From the NCBI GenBank assembly GCA_016929295.1, contig JAFGJB010000008.1, positions 12,917 to 76,916 on the forward strand: DNA of 64,000 bases, in the 5' to 3' direction. Below, piece by piece: positions 58,351-64,000 of the stretch. The translations under genes were made by a program, and so were the position numbers. Position 1 is the first letter of the stretch. Each line of letters begins with the position of its first letter. This DNA comes from Candidatus Zhuqueibacterota bacterium (GTDB lineage: Bacteria; Zhuqueibacterota; Zhuqueibacteria; Residuimicrobiales; Krinioviventaceae). A model generated the notes under the pieces. It did no database searches, had not been told where the DNA came from, and saw only the letters and a program-made list of their open reading frames with translations.

Positions 58351-59796
58351 GTGAGGATCAGGAGTGTGGATATAACGACGCTGGATTTTTTTCAAACTCA
58401 AAATATAATTAAAAGCCGTGCAGTGTCGTGCGTCGAGATCACGCAAAAATATCTCACAAACATCGCTGCAAAGAAATCATTGAACAGCTTTATCTCCGTC
58501 TTTCACGACGCCGCCCTGGAACGCGCGGAGCAGATTGATCGTAAAATCGACGCGGGCGCCGCTGGAAAATTGGCCGGTTGTACGCTTGGCATCAAAGACT
58601 TGCTGACGCTGAAAGGTGCGCCCACAACCTGCGGCTCCAGGATTTTGGCAAATTTTCGATCGCCCTATAACGCCACGGCGATTGAAAAGCTGGCATCGCA
58701 CGATGCGATATTTCTTGGCAAAACCAATATGGACGAGTTCGCTATGGGCTCTTCCACAGAATCCTCCTGTTTTGGCGCAGTCAAAAATCCGCACGACCTG
58801 GAACGCGTCCCTGGCGGATCTTCGGGAGGATCGGCCGCTGCCGTCGCCGGCAATCTTTGTACGGCTGCGTTGGGAAGCGACACCGGCGGCTCCATTCGTC
58901 AACCGGCATCCTTTTGCGGCATCGTCGGTCTGAAGCCAACCTACGGACGCGTTTCTCGTTTCGGACTCGTCGCCTACGCCTCTTCACTCGATCAGATCGG
59001 ACCGATGAGCAAATCTGTGCACGATGCCGCCCTCCTGCTGAGTTGTATCGCAGGACACGATCCGCTCGATTCCACATCCGCGCGTCTGCCGGTCGATGAC
59101 TATCTCTCTTTCCTGGACAAAGACGTCCACGGCGTGCGCATCGGCCTGCCCAAAGAGTATTTTGCCAAAGGTCTGGATCCGGAAGTCGAAAAACCCATAC
59201 GTGAGAAAGCGGAGTTGCTGCGCAAAGCCGGGGCAGAGATCGTCGAGGTCTCATTGCCCCACACAGAGTACGCCATTGCAGCCTACTATATCATCGCCAT
59301 GGCGGAAGCGTCCTCCAATCTGGCGCGATTCGATGGCGCACGCTATGGCTTCAGGGCTGCGAATGTGAAAGATATTGAAGAGATGTATGTGAAAAGCCGG
59401 ACACAAGGATTTGGCGAGGAGGTGAAACGGCGGATCATGCTCGGCACATATGCCTTGTCCTCTGGCTATTATGATGCCTATTACCGCAAGGCGCAAAAAG
59501 TACGCACCCTGGTCAAGAAAGATTTTGAGGACGCCTTGGCGCGCGTGGATTGTCTGTTGACGCCGGTCGCTCCGACGACTGCATTCAAATTGAATGAAAA
59601 ATTGGCTGACCCTTTGATAATGTACCTGTCCGATGTCTATACCGTTTCGCTCAACCTGGCCGGATTGCCAGGCATCTCCGTTCCGTGCGGCGTAGATTCA
59701 AAAGACCTGCCTGTTGGTTTGCAACTCATAGGGAAACCCTTCGCTGAAGGGACGATCATTCAGGTGGCAGATTACATCGAAAAGAATAGTTGGTGA
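58351..59796 (+). CDS. gatA: Glutamyl-tRNA(Gln)/aspartyl-tRNA(Asn) amidotransferase subunit A
   Basis: Amidase signature GGSSGGSAAAVA...GSDTGGSIRQPA and Ser-cisSer-Lys triad regions. GTG start. Confidence 0.9.
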   Translation: MRIRSVDITTLDFFQTQNIIKSRAVSCVEITQKYLTNIAAKKSLNSFISVFHDAALERAEQIDRKIDAGAAGKLAGCTLGIKDLLTLKGAPTTCGSRILANFRSPYNATAIEKLASHDAIFLGKTNMDEFAMGSSTESSCFGAVKNPHDLERVPGGSSGGSAAAVAGNLCTAALGSDTGGSIRQPASFCGIVGLKPTYGRVSRFGLVAYASSLDQIGPMSKSVHDAALLLSCIAGHDPLDSTSARLPVDDYLSFLDKDVHGVRIGLPKEYFAKGLDPEVEKPIREKAELLRKAGAEIVEVSLPHTEYAIAAYYIIAMAEASSNLARFDGARYGFRAANVKDIEEMYVKSRTQGFGEEVKRRIMLGTYALSSGYYDAYYRKAQKVRTLVKKDFEDALARVDCLLTPVAPTTAFKLNEKLADPLIMYLSDVYTVSLNLAGLPGISVPCGVDSKDLPVGLQLIGKPFAEGTIIQVADYIEKNSW

Positions 59797-59801
59797 CGAG
59801 C

Positions 59802-61250
59802 ATGCACTACGAGCCGATCATTGGCCTGGAAGTTCACGTTCAGCTGAAAACAAACACAAAGATATTTTGCGGATGCTCCACCGCGTTCGGCGCTCCGCCC
59901 AATAGTCAGGTTTGCCCGGTCTGCCTAGGCATGCCCGGGGTGCTTCCGGTCTTGAATGAGCGCGTCATTGAATTTGCGACCCGTCTGGCGCTGGTCACGC
60001 GTTCGCACATCAACAGCTTTTCTCTGCTCGCGCGCAAGAATTATTTTTACCCTGATTTGCCCAAGGCTTACCAGATATCACAATTTGAACAACCCTTCTG
60101 TGAACACGGCAGGCTTGATATCTTCCTTGACGGTGCAAAAAAGACGATTGGCATCACACGAATTCATATGGAGGAAGATGCGGGGAAATCTCTGCATGCC
60201 GAATCGTTCGTTCGCAAAAATGAGACCTTGATTGATTTAAACCGCTGCGGCACGCCGCTTTTGGAGATCGTCAGCGAACCCGATTTTCGCTCTGCCAGAG
60301 AGGCCTATGAATACCTCGTAGAACTACGCCAAATCGTCGTCTATCTCGGCATCTGTGACGGGATTATGGAAGAAGGCAGCCTTCGCTGCGATGCCAATGT
60401 CTCAATTCGACCGGTGAATGAGACCAGGTTCGGCACCAAGACCGAGTTAAAAAATATGAACTCTTTCCATGCCGTCGAAAAAGCAATTGACTTTGAAATC
60501 CGTCGGCAAGAGATGCTGATCGAGCACCATGGCCGCGTCGAGCAGCAAACATTGCTGTGGGATGCCAGTCGCAATATCGCCGTGCCGATGCGCAGCAAAG
60601 AATATTCGCATGATTATCGCTATTTTCCCGATCCTGATTTGGTGCCGATCACGATAACTCGGGAATTTATCGAAAAAATAGCACAAAATCTTCCCGAGTT
60701 GCCGGAAGCAAAACGACAGCGTTTTCAATCAGAATTCAATCTGTCCGACTATGATGCTGGCGTTCTCACCGCGACGCCGGAATTGGCCGCCTATTTTGAA
60801 GCTGTGACTGCTCTGGTGAAGAATAAAAAAAATGCCGCTTACTGGACTATGGGCCATGTTTTGCGGGCTCTCAAAGAACATGATGTTTCCATCAGCACCA
60901 TTCCGGTCACGCCGACCTTTCTGGCCGAGATTCTTCATCTTTTGGAAGAGGGCACGATAAATGCCAGTTCGGCGAAAATCGTTTTCGATGACTGTCTCAA
61001 GACCGGCCGACGCCCGCGGGCGATTGTTCAGGAAAAGGGGCTTTTGCAGATTACTGAAAAAAGCGAGATCGAAGCGGTGGTCGATAAGATTATCGCCGAA
61101 AATCCGAATGACGTTCAAGATTATTTCAATGGCAATGACAAGGTGTTGGGATTTCTCATGGGAAAGGTCATGCGGGCGATGGGCGGCAAAGCTCATCCGC
61201 AGACAGTCAATGCACTTTTGCGTTCAAAGCTTGAAAAGTTCAGAGTATAA
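59802..61250 (+). CDS. gatB: Glutamyl-tRNA(Gln)/aspartyl-tRNA(Asn) amidotransferase subunit B
   Basis: MHYEPIIGLEVHVQL and GatB/YqeY C-terminus. ATG at 59802, 5 nt after the gatA stop. Confidence 0.9.
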   Translation: MHYEPIIGLEVHVQLKTNTKIFCGCSTAFGAPPNSQVCPVCLGMPGVLPVLNERVIEFATRLALVTRSHINSFSLLARKNYFYPDLPKAYQISQFEQPFCEHGRLDIFLDGAKKTIGITRIHMEEDAGKSLHAESFVRKNETLIDLNRCGTPLLEIVSEPDFRSAREAYEYLVELRQIVVYLGICDGIMEEGSLRCDANVSIRPVNETRFGTKTELKNMNSFHAVEKAIDFEIRRQEMLIEHHGRVEQQTLLWDASRNIAVPMRSKEYSHDYRYFPDPDLVPITITREFIEKIAQNLPELPEAKRQRFQSEFNLSDYDAGVLTATPELAAYFEAVTALVKNKKNAAYWTMGHVLRALKEHDVSISTIPVTPTFLAEILHLLEEGTINASSAKIVFDDCLKTGRRPRAIVQEKGLLQITEKSEIEAVVDKIIAENPNDVQDYFNGNDKVLGFLMGKVMRAMGGKAHPQTVNALLRSKLEKFRV

Positions 61251-61267
61251 CGAAGGGATATCATTTT

Positions 61268-61831
61268 ATGGTCACGACATCAGATTTTCGCACCGGCCTG
61301 GTAGTAAAAATTGATGGAGAATTGTTTTCGATCGTCGAATTTCAGCACGTGAAAATGGGTCGCGGCGCCGCATTCACTCGCACCAAGCTGAAGAGTATGA
61401 GCAATGGCCGTATTCTTGAACGAACCTACCGCGGCAGTGACAAGCTCGAGGACGTGCGCGTTGAAAGACGCAATATGCAGTATTTATATCGCGAAGGCGA
61501 TAGTCTTGTCTGCATGGATAACGAGACCTACGAGCAGTTATCCCTCGACAGCAATTTAATGACCCCGGGCACAGATTTTCTCAAAGAGGGTGAGGCGATC
61601 AGCATCTTGATGGAAGGTGAGACGCCTATTGCCGCGGAAATGCCGATATTTGTTGAGCTTGAAATTGTGCATACCGAGCCGGGATTCAAAGGCGATACAG
61701 TTTCCGGCGCGACCAAGTCCGCCACAGTTGAAACCGGCGGCAAAGTGCAAGTGCCGCTTTTTGTTGAAAAAGGCGATATCATAAAAATAGATACGCGCAA
61801 CTCTGAATATCTGGAGCGCGTCAACAAATAG
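61268..61831 (+). CDS. efp: Elongation factor P
   Basis: 187 aa with three OB-like domains. The beta3-beta4 tip is VKMGRGAAF, with Arg where E. coli has K34. Confidence 0.9.
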   Translation: MVTTSDFRTGLVVKIDGELFSIVEFQHVKMGRGAAFTRTKLKSMSNGRILERTYRGSDKLEDVRVERRNMQYLYREGDSLVCMDNETYEQLSLDSNLMTPGTDFLKEGEAISILMEGETPIAAEMPIFVELEIVHTEPGFKGDTVSGATKSATVETGGKVQVPLFVEKGDIIKIDTRNSEYLERVNK

Positions 61832-61849
61832 TCAATGACGGGGAGTGTC

Positions 61850-62329
61850 ATGAGAGCGAAACTAATACAAGAACTTGTGGGAATCGTCGAAAAGAGTAAT
61901 ATTGATGAGATTGAAGTGACGCGATGGTGGGGCCAAAAAGTTCGAATTCGAAAAAGCACGACTGCGGCAGCGGATCGTCAGGCTGCGCAGCCGGTCCCGT
62001 CGGCGTCAGCACCAGCGATATCTCCGGCAATTACCGTGAATCAGCCAACCATGCCGGAGCCCGCTCTCACTCCGATCGAAAACAGCAATTATGTCGAAAT
62101 CAAAGCCCCGATGGTCGGCACTTTTTATCGTGCATCTTCTCCCGATGTGGCCCCATATGTCAATGAGGGGGATATCGTCTCCAAAGGTCAGACTCTTTGC
62201 ATCATTGAGGCGATGAAGTTGATGAATGAACTCGAGGCAGATGTGAATGGACGAATCGTCAAAGTGCTGGTTGATAATTCCCAGCCAATCGAGTATAATC
62301 AACCACTGTTTCTCATCGATCCAGCCTAG
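61850..62329 (+). CDS. accB: Acetyl-CoA carboxylase biotin carboxyl carrier protein
   Basis: Biotinyl-lysine motif IIEAMKLMNELEA. GGGGAG SD before the ATG at 61850. Confidence 0.85.
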   Translation: MRAKLIQELVGIVEKSNIDEIEVTRWWGQKVRIRKSTTAAADRQAAQPVPSASAPAISPAITVNQPTMPEPALTPIENSNYVEIKAPMVGTFYRASSPDVAPYVNEGDIVSKGQTLCIIEAMKLMNELEADVNGRIVKVLVDNSQPIEYNQPLFLIDPA

Positions 62330-62344
62330 CAAAGGTGCTGACTC

Positions 62345-63691
62345 TTGTTTGATAAAATTCTCATAGCGAACCGTGGAGAGATAGCGCTGCGCATCATTCG
62401 TGCCTGCAAAGAATTGGGCATTGCAACAGTGGCCGTTTTCAGTGAACCGGATCGCGACAGTCTGCATGTTCGATTCGCCGATGAGGCGGTCTGCGTTGGT
62501 CCTGGGCCAAGCGCGCAAAGCTATCTCAAGATCACCAATCTCATCAGCGCCGCAGAAATCACCAATGCCGAGGCGATTCATCCGGGCTATGGTTTTTTGG
62601 CAGAAAATGCGCGCTTTGCGGAGATTTGTGAATCTTCCGACATCAAATTCATCGGCCCCTCTCCCAAAGTGATTGCGCAAATGGGAGACAAAGCTTTTGC
62701 CAAGGAGACGATGAAGAGAGCGCATGTTCCGACAATACCGGGATCAGACAGTGTGATCAAGTCGGCGAAAAATGCCGACAAGATCGTCAAGGAGGTCGGG
62801 CTGCCGGTCATCATCAAGGCTGTGGCCGGTGGCGGCGGGCGGGGCATGCGAGTTGTGCGTACGCTGGACGAATTGGATAAAAATTTCAATTCGGCGCAAC
62901 TGGAAGCCGGCGCTGCATTTGGCAATCCGGATCTTTACATTGAAAAATATTTTGAAAATCCACGCCACATTGAGGTGCAGCTTTTGGGTGATGATCACGG
63001 CAATGCGGTATCGCTGGGTGAACGCGAGTGTTCGATTCAACGTAAACACCAGAAATTGCTCGAAGAATCACCCTCGCCGGCTGTCGATCAGAAAATGCGC
63101 GAGCAAATAAGCGATGCCGCCATTCGCGGCGCGAAAGAGGTGAACTATAATAATGTCGGCACAATTGAATTCCTCATGGATGAAGATGGGCAATACTACT
63201 TTATGGAAATGAACACGCGAATTCAGGTGGAACATCCCGTCACCGAGGAAGTGCTTGATATCGATCTCATCAAAGAGCAGATAGAAATCGCCGCCGGAAA
63301 GCCTATTGACCAAAATCTGAAAAAGTACAAACTGCGTGGCCATGCAATCGAATGCCGGATTAATGCCGAAGATCCCGCGCAAGGCTTTCGTCCATCTCCC
63401 GGCATCATCACCAGCTTGCACACGCCGGGTGGAGTCGGTGTTCGCGTTGATACACATGCGTATGCCCAATATATGATTCCGGCCTATTACGATTCGCTCA
63501 TCGCCAAACTCATCACCCACGGGAAGAATCGCGCGGAAGCCATAGAACGTATGCTGCGCGCCCTGGATGAATTTGTCATCGAAGGCGTCGCGACGACGAT
63601 TCCGCTGCACAAGGCCATTCTAGCCAATGAAAGATTTCGAAATGGCAATTTTAATACAAAATTTTTAGAGACTGAGAATCTTTTCATTTAA
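62345..63691 (+). CDS. accC: Acetyl-CoA carboxylase biotin carboxylase subunit
   Basis: [28 protein letters not shown]-grasp motifs and [11 protein letters not shown] start. Confidence 0.9.
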   Translation: MFDKILIANRGEIALRIIRACKELGIATVAVFSEPDRDSLHVRFADEAVCVGPGPSAQSYLKITNLISAAEITNAEAIHPGYGFLAENARFAEICESSDIKFIGPSPKVIAQMGDKAFAKETMKRAHVPTIPGSDSVIKSAKNADKIVKEVGLPVIIKAVAGGGGRGMRVVRTLDELDKNFNSAQLEAGAAFGNPDLYIEKYFENPRHIEVQLLGDDHGNAVSLGERECSIQRKHQKLLEESPSPAVDQKMREQISDAAIRGAKEVNYNNVGTIEFLMDEDGQYYFMEMNTRIQVEHPVTEEVLDIDLIKEQIEIAAGKPIDQNLKKYKLRGHAIECRINAEDPAQGFRPSPGIITSLHTPGGVGVRVDTHAYAQYMIPAYYDSLIAKLITHGKNRAEAIERMLRALDEFVIEGVATTIPLHKAILANERFRNGNFNTKFLETENLFI

Positions 63692-63702
63692 GGAGGCTGA
63701 CC

Positions 63703-64000
63703 ATGCTATTCCCTGAAAAACTGAAATACTCGAATGATCATGAATGGGTGTCTGTGGATGGCGATGTGGCAACTGTCGGCATAACAGATTACGCCCAGGG
63801 TGAGTTGGGAGATCTGGTGTTTGTTGAACTGCCGGCTCCTGGATCAACCGTGGCGCAAGGAGAATCTTTTGGCACCATCGAGGCTGTTAAAGCAGTGTCC
63901 GATCTCTTCGCTCCGGTCAGCGGCGAAGTCATCGAAATCAACGACGCACTGGCAGATGATCCGGAAATTGTGAACAAGGATCCTTATGGAGATGGCTGGA
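63703..64000 (+). CDS. gcvH: Glycine cleavage system H protein (partial; continues beyond the window end)
   Basis: Lipoyl-lysine region [32 protein letters not shown] 6 nt upstream. No stop in the window. Confidence 0.85.
   Translation, partial: MLFPEKLKYSNDHEWVSVDGDVATVGITDYAQGELGDLVFVELPAPGSTVAQGESFGTIEAVKAVSDLFAPVSGEVIEINDALADDPEIVNKDPYGDGW

Noticed and set aside
1-64000. tRNA genes, CRISPR arrays, rRNA
   Set aside because: Intergenic regions were inspected for T-loop (GTTCRANYC) plus acceptor-stem patterns and for regularly spaced direct repeats. None were found. The CCACCA-containing stretch near 45860 has no tRNA-like stems.

Overview
This 64-kb window looks like a gene-dense chromosomal segment, roughly 50% GC by eye, from a Gram-negative-type bacterium that is probably deep-branching or uncultivated. 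Evidence for the Gram-negative call: TAT-signal periplasmic oxidoreductases, FadL-like outer-membrane barrels, an H+-pyrophosphatase and an HprK-based regulatory PTS. Content is mostly housekeeping: a partial outer-membrane barrel protein, garR/mmsB-like dehydrogenase, an Nramp-related transporter, nagA-like, a radical-SAM/SPASM enzyme with a short AMP-nucleosidase homologue, class-I aminotransferase, hppA, two M29-like aminopeptidase paralogs, a DUF164 Zn-ribbon protein immediately followed by RNase P RNA (rnpB), recJ, ilvE, nusB, secA, smg, topA-like, xerC/D, hpf, hprK, PTS EIIA/EIIB(Man), an SSF symporter, a YgjP-like gene, a Gfo/Idh/MocA(TAT) oxidoreductase, araA, an AKR(TAT), a FadL-like-barrel/TPR fusion, a sensor adenylate cyclase, mazG, HIT, an EF-G paralog, a fadD-like ligase, a ctpA-like S41 protease, a GGDEF response regulator with its histidine kinase, ecfT, truA, htrA, purB, purC-like, psd, pssA, two tatA genes, gatA, gatB, efp, accB, accC and partial gcvH. 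I found no tRNA, rRNA, CRISPR array or clear mobile element by eye. The most unusual observations are these. (1) A 2063-aa SecA carries a roughly 660-aa repetitive insertion in the preprotein-crosslinking domain and a roughly 400-aa expansion of the helical wing domain. (2) A full-length TopA homologue sits in conserved smg-topA-xerC synteny, yet several catalytic-site residues are replaced although the active-site Tyr is kept. (3) An EF-G paralog has the switch-II catalytic His replaced by Tyr and a degenerate NKxD motif. (4) A radical-SAM/SPASM enzyme is co-operonic with a truncated AMP-nucleosidase homologue. (5) An Nramp-fold transporter lacks the DPGN/MPH metal-site motifs. (6) A PurC homologue beside purB has substitutions in its nucleotide-binding motifs. 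Several regulatory hairpins, promoters and palindromes are also recorded. All functional calls are by-eye motif and homology recognition and need database confirmation.
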